Translations under genes and position numbers: made by a program
The notes under the pieces: generated by a model
Told to the model about the DNA's origin: nothing
Databases searched by the model: none
Seen by the model: the letters and a program-made list of their open reading frames with translations, nothing else
Source of the DNA: an uncultured Chloroflexia bacterium
Lineage (GTDB): Bacteria; Chloroflexota; Limnocylindria; QHBO01
Assembly (NCBI GenBank): GCA_963789435.1
Contig: CAWBKO010000002.1
Span: forward strand, 141,386-205,385
DNA length: 64,000 nucleotides
Reading direction: 5' to 3'
Shown: one piece after another, positions 23,993-33,178 of the stretch
How positions within the stretch are numbered: the stretch's first letter is position 1
Layout: every line of letters starts with the position of its first letter

Positions 23993-24980
23993 ATGAGACC
24001 GATGAAAGCATTCGTCAGCGACCGATACGGCTCGCCAGATGTCATGGAGCTCCGGGAAGTCGACAGGCCGGAGCTCACCGAGGAGGGCGCGCTCGTGCAG
24101 GTTCGCGCGACGTCGGTCAACGCCTTCGACTGGCACATGCTGCGGGGCAAGCCCTACCTCGCCCGCCTGGGAGAGGGCTTCCGCGCTCCGAAGACGACCG
24201 TCCTGGGCCTCGACGTCGCCGGGGTCGTCGAGGCGGTTGGCGCAGGGGTGACCCACATCCAGCCCGGCGACCGCGTGTTCGGCTCGCGGACGGGCGCATT
24301 CGCCGAGTACATCTGCGGTCGCACCATGGTGCCGATGCCCGCCACCCTCAACTTCGAGCAGGCCGCCGCCGTGCCCACCGCGGGACAGACCGCGCTCGTC
24401 GGGGTTCGCGACAAGGGCGAGCTCAAGGCCGGGCCAGCGAGTGCTGGTCAACGGCGCGGGCGGCGGCGTGGGCTCCTTCGCCGTGCAGATCGCCAAGGCA
24501 CTCGGCGCCGAGGTGACCGCTGTGACGAATACGAAGAACGCCGACATGGTCGGCGAGATCGGCGCGGACCACGTCATCGACTACACGCGCGGGGACTTCA
24601 CGCGCGGCGGGCAGCGCTACGACCTCATCGTCGATGCCGGCGGGAACCGCCGGCTGTCCCACATGCGGCGCGTGCTGGCCCCCGAGGGCACCATCGTCCT
24701 CGTTGCACCTGGCCCGGGCAACTGGATCGGTCCCATTGTCCGCATCGTCGGATCGGTCGTGACGACGCGCCTGGGACGCCAGAAGGTGAGCCCATTCCTG
24801 GCTCCCGTCAGCAGGGAGAACCTGCTCGTGCTGAAGGAGCTCATCGAAGCCGGCAAGGTCAGGCCCGTCATCGACCGCACGTACCCGTTCGACCAGATTC
24901 CCGACGCCGTGCGCTACCTCGAAGAGGGCAGGGCGCAGGGCAAGGTCGTCATCACCATGGACGAGGTCGCGGCCCGGTAG
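23993..24980 (+). CDS. NAD(P)-dependent MDR oxidoreductase, Zn-free ADH-like (frameshift near 24430)
   Basis: SVNAFDWH; GLDVAGVV; VLVNGAGGGVGSFAVQIAK; GKVVI. Confidence 0.9.
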
Positions 24981-24992
24981 CGCAGGGCGCGG

Positions 24993-25838
24993 TCACCCAG
25001 CGACCTCGTTGCGCAGCGTCCCGATCCCCTCGATCTCCGACTCGACGACGTCGCCGGCAGCCAGGAATCGCGGCGGCGTGCGGGCAAAGCCGACGCCCGA
25101 CGGGGTCCCGGTGAGAATCACGTCGCCGGCCTCGAGGGTCAGTCCGCGCGACAGCTCCGCGATGATCCGCGTGACGCCGAAGTGGAGATCGCCGAGCGTC
25201 GCGGACTGGACCGTCTCGCCGTTGATGCGACAGGTGATCGCGCGTTGGTAGGGCCTGCCGAACTCGTCGGGCGTGACGATCCAGGGGCCGATCGGGCAGG
25301 TGCCGTCGAGGCTCTTGCCGCGGAACCACTGCCCGCCGTGCTCACGCTGGACGTTCCGCGCGGTCACATCATTCGCGACCGTGAAGCCGAGGACGTGGTC
25401 GATGGCCTCCCCTTCCGGGATGTCCCGGCCCCCCGAGCCGATGACCACCGCGAGCTCGACCTCCCAATCGAGCGACTGGGTCACGTCCGCGTGCAGCTCG
25501 ATCGTATCGAACGGCCCGATGACGGTCCCTGTCGCCTTCGTGAAGAAGGCCGGGCGGTCCGGAATCTCCTGCGCACCGCCGGCCCCGCGGACAGCAGCTC
25601 CCTCGGCGAAGTGGTCGACGTAGTTCCAGCCGACGCAGAACAGGTTGCGGACGAGCGGCAGCACCGGCGCCATGAGGGACGCATCGGCAAGGGGGATGCC
25701 CGGCCCGGGGGACATCGCGCCGCCGGCCAGGCGCGCCGCGTCGTGCGGCGTCGCGGCATCCGGAACCAGGCGGACGTCGTCGCCCTCGACCACGCCGTAT
25801 CCGATGCCGCCGGCATCCCGCAATGCCACCAGTCGCAT
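24993..25838 (-). CDS. Fumarylacetoacetate hydrolase family protein
   Basis: CVGWNY; FTK; LDWEVEL; NDVTAR; GKSLD; LTGTPSGVG. Confidence 0.93.
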   Translation of the reverse strand: MRLVALRDAGGIGYGVVEGDDVRLVPDAATPHDAARLAGGAMSPGPGIPLADASLMAPVLPLVRNLFCVGWNYVDHFAEGAAVRGAGGAQEIPDRPAFFTKATGTVIGPFDTIELHADVTQSLDWEVELAVVIGSGGRDIPEGEAIDHVLGFTVANDVTARNVQREHGGQWFRGKSLDGTCPIGPWIVTPDEFGRPYQRAITCRINGETVQSATLGDLHFGVTRIIAELSRGLTLEAGDVILTGTPSGVGFARTPPRFLAAGDVVESEIEGIGTLRNEVAG

Positions 25839-25852
25839 TCGTGCCTCCTCGA

Positions 25853-26413
25853 CTATCTCTGCGCCAGGACAAGCTCAGCGGCCATGGCACTTGCATCGGC
25901 CGTTGAGAGACCCTGATCGACGACCAGCGAACGCCACGTCCAGAAACCAACGACGTGACCTATCGCGGCTCGCAGCTGACGAGCCGGATCTCTCACGCCA
26001 TCGTCCCCGAGCATGGCATCGACCATCCGTTCATTGGTCGTCTGCCGCGCCCGCTGGTTGGAGGCCGGAGTGTATGCCGCGTCGCGGTAGATCGGATACA
26101 GGTCGTCCCCGTTCTCGCTGTACCAGCCGTACAGGTCGTCGAGCGCGCGCCGCACACGCGCCTCGAACGAGGGAATGGCGCGCCAGCGGTCGGGATCGGG
26201 CGGGGCGTGGAGCGACCGCCAGTGGCCCATGCACGCGCCGAACAGCTCGTCCTTCGAGGGGAAGTGGCGATACAGCGTCAGCCGAGTCACCCCGGCCTCG
26301 TCGGCCACGGCACTCATCGAGGTCGCCGAAGGGCCGATCGAGGTGTGGAGCCGGACGGCGGCCTCGGTGATGCGCTGCCGCGTCTGGTCGACCAGGTCGG
26401 CGCGCCTGCCCAT
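25853..26413 (-). CDS. TetR-family regulator (true start may lie slightly upstream)
   Basis: TSMSAVADEAGVTRLTLYRHFP HTH. Confidence 0.88.
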   Translation of the reverse strand: MGRRADLVDQTRQRITEAAVRLHTSIGPSATSMSAVADEAGVTRLTLYRHFPSKDELFGACMGHWRSLHAPPDPDRWRAIPSFEARVRRALDDLYGWYSENGDDLYPIYRDAAYTPASNQRARQTTNERMVDAMLGDDGVRDPARQLRAAIGHVVGFWTWRSLVVDQGLSTADASAMAAELVLAQR

Positions 26414-26518
26414 TCGGTAGCGCCGCGACTTCGGTGAACGGATCTGTTCTTTCAAACCTTGACAACTCCGGCTACTCGCAATCAGTATACGGCACTGTTC
26501 ACCCGATACGCGAGGCAG

Positions 26519-27073
26519 ATGCTCATGACCGTTCAGGAACCCGTTGCGGCCGCAACCCTCAAGGTCGTTCAGCCCGGGGAAGGGCGTGCCGGCCGGCTCG
26601 GTCCGGGCGTCGGCGTCCACTTCAAGATCGACGGCGCAGACACCGGCGGCGCGTTCTCGGTCGTGGAGCATCCGTTCGCAGTCGGCGCCCTGGTGCGGCC
26701 ACACGTCCACACCCGCGAGGATGAGATCTCCATCGTGCTCGAGGGCGAGATCGGCTTCCGGTCGGAGGACCAGGAGGTCGTGCTGGGCGCGGGCGGCTAC
26801 ATCGTCAAGCCGCGCAACCAGGTACATGCCATGTGGAACGCCGGCTCGACACCCGCCCGCATGATCGAGATCATCTCGCCCGCCGGATTCGAGGGATTCT
26901 TCCGCGGATTCGCCGACCTGAACGACGCCGGACCGATCGACCCGGCAGCGATTGCCGGACTTGCGGAGCAGTTCGGCCTGCCGTATGCCGATCCCGAGTG
27001 GCTGCCGGAGATCATCGCGCGCTACGGGCTCACGCCACCGCCACCACGGCCGAGCCGGAACGTCGGGTCCTAG
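26519..27073 (+). CDS. Cupin-domain protein
   Basis: PHVHTREDE; PRNQVHAMWN; ISPAGFEGFF. Confidence 0.9.
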   Translation: MLMTVQEPVAAATLKVVQPGEGRAGRLGPGVGVHFKIDGADTGGAFSVVEHPFAVGALVRPHVHTREDEISIVLEGEIGFRSEDQEVVLGAGGYIVKPRNQVHAMWNAGSTPARMIEIISPAGFEGFFRGFADLNDAGPIDPAAIAGLAEQFGLPYADPEWLPEIIARYGLTPPPPRPSRNVGS

Positions 27074-27918
27074 CGGACCAATGCGGCGAGGGTCCTGGTT
27101 CCCTCAAGGCCACGCAGCTCGAACTCGCCGACGTCCGTGAATTCGAGGCCCGAACCGGCAAGGAGATCTCGGACGGTGCCGGACACGAGCACCTGCCCAG
27201 GCTCGGCGCGATCCAGGATTCGAGCGGCGGCATGGACGGTGATGCCGCGCACGTCGTCGCCCTGGAGCTCGACCTCGCCGGTGTGAACGCCGGCCCGGGC
27301 TGTGAGCCCCTTTGCCGCGGCTGCGTCGAGCATCCCGGCGGCGCCTCGTACCGCGCGGGCGGGGCTGTCGAACATCACGAGGAACCCGTCGCCGGTCGTC
27401 TTGATCTCGCGTCCGCCAAAGCGCTCGATCTGCTCCCGGGCGGCCTCGTTGTGCTCAGCCAGCAGCGCGCGCCAGCCACTGTCTCCCATGCGGGACAGCG
27501 TCTGCGTCGACGCAGTGAGATCGGTGAAGACGATCGTGGTGAACGTTCGCTCCGACATCTCCGCCGGCGACTTCGCGAAGAGCCGGCGTCCGGCGAAGTC
27601 GATGGAGATCCATGGCTCATCGCCGATGACCCACGCGTCGTGGCCGGGCGGCACTTCGAACACGTCGCCCTCGATCAATTGCATGCTGGCGCCTTCGTCC
27701 ATCTCCACCCCGAGCGTTCCAGACATCACATAGCCGGTGTGGTGAACCTCGCATGAGCCGGTGCCCACGATCGGCTTGACATGCTCGGACCAGCGCCAGC
27801 CCGGCTCGAAGACGGTGCGGCCGATGACGGCCTCGCCCAGGTTGACAAGCTCAATGCTGGCCTTCTCGACCGTCCTTACTTCGTCCGGTTTGTCGAAGCG
27901 CTTCCGACGCAGTTGCAC
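27070..27918 (-). CDS. Cupin plus class IIIc (Rv1900c-like) cyclase fusion
   Basis: PGWRWSEHVKP..CEVHH...VPPGHDAW cupin; VFTD; IKTTGDGF; GVHTGE; VHAAARI. Confidence 0.88.
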   Translation of the reverse strand: MQLRRKRFDKPDEVRTVEKASIELVNLGEAVIGRTVFEPGWRWSEHVKPIVGTGSCEVHHTGYVMSGTLGVEMDEGASMQLIEGDVFEVPPGHDAWVIGDEPWISIDFAGRRLFAKSPAEMSERTFTTIVFTDLTASTQTLSRMGDSGWRALLAEHNEAAREQIERFGGREIKTTGDGFLVMFDSPARAVRGAAGMLDAAAAKGLTARAGVHTGEVELQGDDVRGITVHAAARILDRAEPGQVLVSGTVRDLLAGSGLEFTDVGEFELRGLEGTRTLAALVR

Positions 27919-27927
27919 GCCGCAATC

Positions 27928-28761
27928 TTACGGGCCCGAATTGACGGTGCGGGTGGCCGCCCGGCGGCGGAATGCGATGTCGAGCCCCAGCAGGATCCAG
28001 CCGATGCCCATGGTGACGATCCCGATCTGCGAGAGCGGACCGAAGATGGTGGGCGCCGCCTCGGACGTCAGCCCGAGCCGGTCGATCCCCGTGATGGCGA
28101 GGGTGGCACCGAGCGCGACCGCCGTGGCCCCCAGCCGGGTCACGGCGCCGAGGCGGAACGTCACGAGACCGAACCAGGCGTCGCCGATCCACACTGCGAG
28201 CGCCGCCCAGAAGGCGACGAGGCCGAACGCGCCTCCGAAGACCGGGTCGGGGCGTCCGATCATGAGCACCACCATCACCAGGTACCAGGCGTTAGCGAGT
28301 ACCGCCGGGACCGCGCCGGAAAGCGCGAGTGCCGGAGCGATCGGCGCCTGACGCCGGTGCACCGCCAGGACGATGGCGATCGAGCCCAGGTCGAACAGGA
28401 TCAGCCGCACGGTGTTGAGGTCAGGCGGGATATCGATCAGGAAGGCCGCCAGCAGCACGACGCCGCCGATGACGCCGGCAGCGCCAAGGGCAGGGGCCTG
28501 GATGGGCGGTGCCGAGGCAAGAGAGCGGGCCATGGTGCGATTCCTCCACATGCGCTCGACCGCAGCCGTGGTGGCTACGTCGCCGAGCAACCTCAGCCAG
28601 GCACCCGCCGTTCCCCCGGACCCGCGGCCTGCGCGCGCGTCGCGGAGCGTGTCGTGGAAGAGCTGGACCATCTCATCCGCGAATCGATCTCGGAATTCGG
28701 CGGGATACAACGAGAGCATCCCGCGATAGACGCGCTCCTCGATCCCCGACCGAATGCTCAT
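27928..28761 (-). CDS. PadR-associated membrane protein
   Basis: YRGMLSLYPAEFRDRFADEM N-terminal motif then about 6 TM; ATGA overlap with padR. Confidence 0.8.
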   Translation of the reverse strand: MSIRSGIEERVYRGMLSLYPAEFRDRFADEMVQLFHDTLRDARAGRGSGGTAGAWLRLLGDVATTAAVERMWRNRTMARSLASAPPIQAPALGAAGVIGGVVLLAAFLIDIPPDLNTVRLILFDLGSIAIVLAVHRRQAPIAPALALSGAVPAVLANAWYLVMVVLMIGRPDPVFGGAFGLVAFWAALAVWIGDAWFGLVTFRLGAVTRLGATAVALGATLAITGIDRLGLTSEAAPTIFGPLSQIGIVTMGIGWILLGLDIAFRRRAATRTVNSGP

Positions 28762-29114
28762 CCTGGCGAATCGAGCGCCCATGGGCGTGCGGCGTCCACC
28801 AGGCTCTCGAGGCGGCTGACCTCGGCGGTCACCACCGCGCGACCAAGCCCGGTCAGCCTGTAGTACCGGCGACGCTGGTCGTCCAGCGCAGCGTCGGGAC
28901 GTTCATCGGACTCCTCGATCAGACCATCGTCCAGGAGACGCCTGATGGTGGTGTACACACCGCCGGGTCCCAGGCGGGTCGCCCCGTTCGTGATCCGGGC
29001 GACCTCCTGCATGATCCCGTAGCCGTGCCGCTCCTCCGGACCGATGGCGATGAGAACGTGAGCGGCCGTCCGCGAGATCGGCGGGTGCTGCTGCGGCTGG
29101 TCGAGCCCTTCCAT
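28758..29114 (-). CDS. PadR-family regulator
   Basis: RHGYGIMQEV; GPGGVYTTIRRL; RRRYYRLTGLG. Confidence 0.92.
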   Translation of the reverse strand: MEGLDQPQQHPPISRTAAHVLIAIGPEERHGYGIMQEVARITNGATRLGPGGVYTTIRRLLDDGLIEESDERPDAALDDQRRRYYRLTGLGRAVVTAEVSRLESLVDAARPWALDSPG

Positions 29115-29122
29115 GAAAAACA

Positions 29123-29150
29123 ACTATATCCGTATCTGATGCATTGTCAA
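29123..29150 (-). promoter_or_regulatory. Sigma70 promoter of padR with an imperfect operator
   Basis: TTGACA-16-TATAGT, 8 nt before ATG; TATATC-N7-GATGCA dyad overlapping spacer and -10. Confidence 0.7.
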
Positions 29151-29190
29151 CCAATAGAGTCGGAGGCGCCAGGGAGTCCGGCTTCGGTTC

Positions 29191-29580
29191 CTATTCAGGG
29201 GATGCGTCGGGCATCGAAATCAGGCGCTTCGGCGCGGTCATCCGATACGCCTCCCCGATGAGGTCGGCGACGAAGTCCCAGTCCTGATCGGCCTCCAGCG
29301 AGATGCCGATCCAGCCGTGGACACCCACGTAGGGAGGCACGAAGAACCGACCCGGGTCGCCCTCCACCAGCGCCCGCTGCGCACCGGGTGGCGCCTTGCA
29401 CCAGATCCCCCACCGCCCTGCGTGCGAGTCGTGACGCATCGCGAAGATCTTGTCGCGCACCCGCCAGGACGGGTTCCCGACGCCGCCACCCTCGGTGGCC
29501 TCGGGCAGGGCAAGGCAGACGGCGCGGACCCGATCGAGAAGCTCGTCGCCCCCGGGATCCAACCGACCATCGGCCGCCAT
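29191..29580 (-). CDS. MmcQ/YjbR-family protein
   Basis: CLALPEATE; WRVRDKIFA; FFVPPYVGVHGWIG; YRMTAPKRL. Confidence 0.88.
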   Translation of the reverse strand: MAADGRLDPGGDELLDRVRAVCLALPEATEGGGVGNPSWRVRDKIFAMRHDSHAGRWGIWCKAPPGAQRALVEGDPGRFFVPPYVGVHGWIGISLEADQDWDFVADLIGEAYRMTAPKRLISMPDASPE

Positions 29581-29650
29581 GACAGGAGGATACGCGTTGC
29601 TGGCATGGAGCCCGCAGAGCAGCCCCTGTGTCGCGGGATAGGATCCTTCA

Positions 29651-30601
29651 GTGAATCGGGCAGGGCGTTCCGGCGCATTGGCGCAACTCGTTCTGATCGT
29701 CGCGCTCGCCTCCTGCGCGGCCGCGGGGACACCGACCGGCTCTGCACCGGCACCGGCACCGGCCACGACCGCTGCGCCAACCGACTCATTCCCGCCCACG
29801 GACGGTGCACCTACCGAGCCCACAGCGACATTCACTGCCGATCCGTCCGCCGGTGCCGGCGCGGACTTCAGCGCCAATGCAATGGTCCGAGCGCTGGTCG
29901 GAGACATCTCGCTGCGCGCGGCTCCAAGCCTCGATTCGGAGCGACTCGGCGCGCTGCCGATCGGTGCGCGATCCCTTGTCGTGGGCGCCCCGCGGGAGGC
30001 CGACGGATACCGCTGGATCCAGATCGCAGGGCCCGGGCTACCACCCGCGAGCGGCTGCGCGACCTTCCCCGGAGACGAGCTCACCTGCCCCGTCTGGCTG
30101 GGCTGGGCAGCGACCGGAGATCCCGCGTCGGGGACCAAGTGGTTCGTCGACGATCCCAGCGGGTGCCCGGATCCCGCGGCGGATGCGCGAGCATTCATGC
30201 TGCTCGGGGACTACGAGGCGATCCATTGCTATCGAGGACTGCAGCTGACGTTCGTTGGCTGGCTCAAGCCGGCTCCCAGCACCACGGAACCAACGAACTG
30301 CCCATCGAGCGATTCAGACTCGGCCGCGCTGTGGTTGACGTGCCACGCGCGGAGGTGGGAGATCGCGTACGCCAACACCATCGAGGCGATCTCCATCGAG
30401 CTGTTCGTCGATCCGGCAACGTCGATCGCGATCCCGCGCGACGGCGGGTGGGTCACGATCACCGGTCACATCGACGACGGCGCGGCACGCCGATGCCCTG
30501 AATCCGTGCCCGCCAGCGACACGATCCGCCAGGCCAGGGCAGAGCTCGACTGCCGAGCGCACTTCGTCGTTACCGGCCTGGCAGACGCTGCCGCGCCGTA
30601 A
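29651..30601 (+). CDS. Cys-rich lipoprotein with SH3b-like N-terminal domain
   Basis: LASC lipobox, P/A/T linker, LRAAPSL...GAPREADGYRW, GHIDDGAARRC...CRAHFVV. Confidence 0.75.
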   Translation: MNRAGRSGALAQLVLIVALASCAAAGTPTGSAPAPAPATTAAPTDSFPPTDGAPTEPTATFTADPSAGAGADFSANAMVRALVGDISLRAAPSLDSERLGALPIGARSLVVGAPREADGYRWIQIAGPGLPPASGCATFPGDELTCPVWLGWAATGDPASGTKWFVDDPSGCPDPAADARAFMLLGDYEAIHCYRGLQLTFVGWLKPAPSTTEPTNCPSSDSDSAALWLTCHARRWEIAYANTIEAISIELFVDPATSIAIPRDGGWVTITGHIDDGAARRCPESVPASDTIRQARAELDCRAHFVVTGLADAAAP

Positions 30602-30645
30602 CGCGGATGACAGCCAGATGGTCCCCCACCTGCCATGCTCATCGG

Positions 30646-31581
30646 GTGCAGGAACAGCCGGAGCGACGCCCCTTCCGATTCGGCCTGGCACTGGATGCAA
30701 GTGAGGGGCGCCGCGAACGGGTCGTAGAGACCGCGAAGCGCGCCGAGGCGGCCGGGGTGAACGTGCTCCTGGCTTCGGACCACCTGGGTAACTGGGCTGC
30801 GCTGCCGACCCTGCAGGCCGCCGCGGACGCGACAACGCTCCGCATCGGCACACTCGTTCTGAACAACGACCTGCGCCACCCGCCCGTCCTGGCGCAGGAC
30901 CTGGCGACGGTCGACGCGATGACCGGCGGACGGCTCGAGATCGGGATCGGCGCAGGCTGGAACCGGCCGGAGTACGAGGCTGCCGGACTGACCTTCGACC
31001 CACCGCCGGAGCGGCTACGGCGGATGCAGGCGTCGCTGCGGATGATCCGGCAGGCGCTGAGCGAGGGTCGAATCGACCACGAGGCCGATGACGCCTACCC
31101 CGCGATCCACCAGGAGGGCCTGCCGACCTCGGTCCAGCGTCCGCACCCTCCCATCCTGGTCGGTGGCGGCGGGCCGAAGCTGCTTGCCTTCGCGGCTCGC
31201 GAGGCGGACATCATCGGCATCGATCCCCGCTCGCTTCCGGGAGGCGGCGGCGATCCCGACGACATCACCGGTGCGGCGGTCGACCGCAAGGTCGGTTGGA
31301 TCCGCGAGGCCGCCGGAGACCGATGGGGCGAGCTCGAGATCAACATCGCGCTCTGGCAGGTCGACCCGGACTTCCATACGCGCCGTGGGCCTCCCCCACC
31401 TCGTGCCCGCGGCATCAGCGAGGAGGAGCTCCTGCTGAGCCCGCACTATCTCGTCGGCGACACGGAGGAGATGGTCGAGACTCTCCTTGCCCGACGGGAG
31501 CGCTGGGGCGCCAGCTACGTGACCCTGCAGCAGAATCAGCTGGAGACCCTGGCGCCCGTCATTGCCCGCCTCGCCGGCTGA
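30646..31581 (+). CDS. LLM-class, probably F420-dependent, oxidoreductase
   Basis: ASDHL; LRIGTLVLNNDLRHP; GGRLEIGIGAGW; PILVGGGG; RRERWGASY. Confidence 0.9.
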   Translation: MQEQPERRPFRFGLALDASEGRRERVVETAKRAEAAGVNVLLASDHLGNWAALPTLQAAADATTLRIGTLVLNNDLRHPPVLAQDLATVDAMTGGRLEIGIGAGWNRPEYEAAGLTFDPPPERLRRMQASLRMIRQALSEGRIDHEADDAYPAIHQEGLPTSVQRPHPPILVGGGGPKLLAFAAREADIIGIDPRSLPGGGGDPDDITGAAVDRKVGWIREAAGDRWGELEINIALWQVDPDFHTRRGPPPPRARGISEEELLLSPHYLVGDTEEMVETLLARRERWGASYVTLQQNQLETLAPVIARLAG

Positions 31582-31593
31582 GCCGATCGGGAC

Positions 31594-31884
31594 TCAGGCC
31601 TTGGCGTCTGCCTCGGACTGAGCCGCGGCGTCGCCCGCGTGGAGCTCGCGATGGAGCTCCGCGATCGCCTCGCGCCGCCGGCTCCGGCCGGGTGAGCCGC
31701 CCTGGTGCCGCTTGACGCCGCCCACCACGTTGCGAATCACGGCCATCGCGACCAGGATCCCGATCAGCTTGGGCAGCATCGACCCGACGGATCCGCCGCC
31801 ACCCGGCCCAGCGTTTGGATAGAAGGTGCCTCGGATCGGCCTGCCGGACTCGGCCGGCTCGGACTGCCTGAACGTTGCGTGCAT
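31594..31884 (-). CDS. Small hypothetical protein with one TM segment
   Basis: MLPKLIGILVAMAVIR...RREAIAELHRELHA; start uncertain. Confidence 0.55.
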   Translation of the reverse strand: MHATFRQSEPAESGRPIRGTFYPNAGPGGGGSVGSMLPKLIGILVAMAVIRNVVGGVKRHQGGSPGRSRRREAIAELHRELHAGDAAAQSEADAKA

Positions 31885-32029
31885 CGGTCATACCTCGGTT
31901 GTGGTGCGCCCCGCCCATCGGGCCGCTCGCCTCAGAGGCTGACGATCGATTGCGCTCAGACTGTGAATGCCGGATGGGAACCTGGTGCGCTCCGCTCCGA
32001 GATCGACCGGTCGGGACGTGTCTGCAGCA

Positions 32030-32167
32030 GTTGACCCGCCCCACGGGTCAACCCGCGGAGGAGCGTGATCTCTGCTCCGATTTACCCGCATTACGGGTCA
32101 AATCGCGGAGGAGCTCCCCCAGTTCGGACGCTCCGTTGCGCCTTGACCCGCCCCACGGGTCAAGCGC
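32030..32167. repeat. Cluster of three REP-like hairpins TTGACCCG-N5-CGGGTCAA
   Basis: Copies at 32031, 32081 (degenerate) and 32143; shared CGCGGAGGAGC at 32054 and 32104. Confidence 0.8.
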
Positions 32168-32293
32168 CGCCGGTCCACGGCGGCAGCGGTTGAGGGGCGT
32201 TGCGTGTTGACAACAGGGCTTATGGTTGCGGTCCAGTCGCGTGCCCCGCGACATCTCAGCCGTCGTGCCCCGGAACCAGTGGTGGATCCTCAC

Positions 32294-32584
32294 GTGCGCG
32301 ACCTGATCATCCTGTCGGCGACCACGCTGGTCTTCGTGCTGACCCTCTACATCCTGTCGCTCAGGGTCGCCCGCCAGCGCGAGCTCGAGGCACTGCTCGA
32401 CGACGCCAGGGCCGAGATCGCATCACTCCGCGGCCGGCTCGCCGATGCAACCCGCCCGCCCACGCAGTTCGCCCGCATGCGCATGCGTGAGGTCGCCGTC
32501 AATCGGTTCGCGCGCCTGCGCCTGGCCGCGCCGCGGCGCACCCGAATTGTCGACGGCGACAGGGTTCGCGAGCGGACCCGCTGA
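32294..32584 (+). CDS. Small TM plus coiled-coil hypothetical protein
   Basis: VRDLIILSATTLVFVLTLYILSL then RELEALLDDARAEIASLRGRL. Confidence 0.6.
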   Translation: MRDLIILSATTLVFVLTLYILSLRVARQRELEALLDDARAEIASLRGRLADATRPPTQFARMRMREVAVNRFARLRLAAPRRTRIVDGDRVRERTR

Positions 32585-32594
32585 CCAGCTCGCG

Positions 32595-32804
32595 CTACGG
32601 CAGGTAGGCCGCGCTTTCATCGAGCCAGTGCCGGTGCCGCCATTCGTCGATGACCGTCCTCGCTGGCTCGTCGGCAAGCGCCTCCGGCAGCGTCTGACGT
32701 TGCATCTTGCTGAGCGCCTGCCGGAGCAGCTCCTCGAGCTCGTCCCACTGGTGTTCGGTCGGATACCGGGAGAGCGTGGGAGCGATAATAGAACGTATGT
32801 TCAC
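32595..32804 (-). CDS. 69-aa hypothetical protein, probably SOS-regulated
   Basis: TAGACT 6 nt before GTG; LexA box over the first codons. Confidence 0.6.
   Translation of the reverse strand: MNIRSIIAPTLSRYPTEHQWDELEELLRQALSKMQRQTLPEALADEPARTVIDEWRHRHWLDESAAYLP
32791..32802. promoter_or_regulatory. Gram-positive-type LexA (Cheo) box GAACGTATGTTC
   Basis: Exact GAAC-N4-GTTC with AT-rich spacer, just downstream of a -10 element. Confidence 0.7.
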
Positions 32805-32892
32805 TTTGCCAGTCTACGCCCCAGACCCCGGACGCCAAGACCCAACATCGATCCCCGTTGACAGACGCTCCGGCCAGTGATTGCCTTGCGGG

Positions 32893-33174
32893 GTGGAGCC
32901 GATTCGGTTCGCGGCGAAGATCCGCTATTGGAATGAGGAACGGTCGAGCGGACTCGCCGTGGCAGACGTCCCTGGCCCGCACGTCGAGGCGATTGGCGGC
33001 CTGAAGCAGCAGCGCGTCCGGGGGAGCTTCGGCGGCGTCGACTTCACGTCGAACGTGATGCCGGCCGGCGGCGGCCGGCTCGCCCTCAGCGTCAGCAGGG
33101 CGATGATGACCGCTGCAACCGTCGGCATCGGCGACGAGGCCGAGATCGAGATCACGGCGGTCGGCCGAGACTAG
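32893..33174 (+). CDS. DUF1905-like protein
   Basis: RVRGSFGGVDFTSNVMPAGGG; VGIGDEAEIEI. Confidence 0.75.
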   Translation: MEPIRFAAKIRYWNEERSSGLAVADVPGPHVEAIGGLKQQRVRGSFGGVDFTSNVMPAGGGRLALSVSRAMMTAATVGIGDEAEIEITAVGRD

Positions 33175-33178
33175 CCCG

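Noticed and set aside
32030-32167. Mini CRISPR array or integron attC sites
   Set aside because: Spacers share sequence and differ in length; no cas or integrase genes; no RYYYAAC/GTTRRRY boxes
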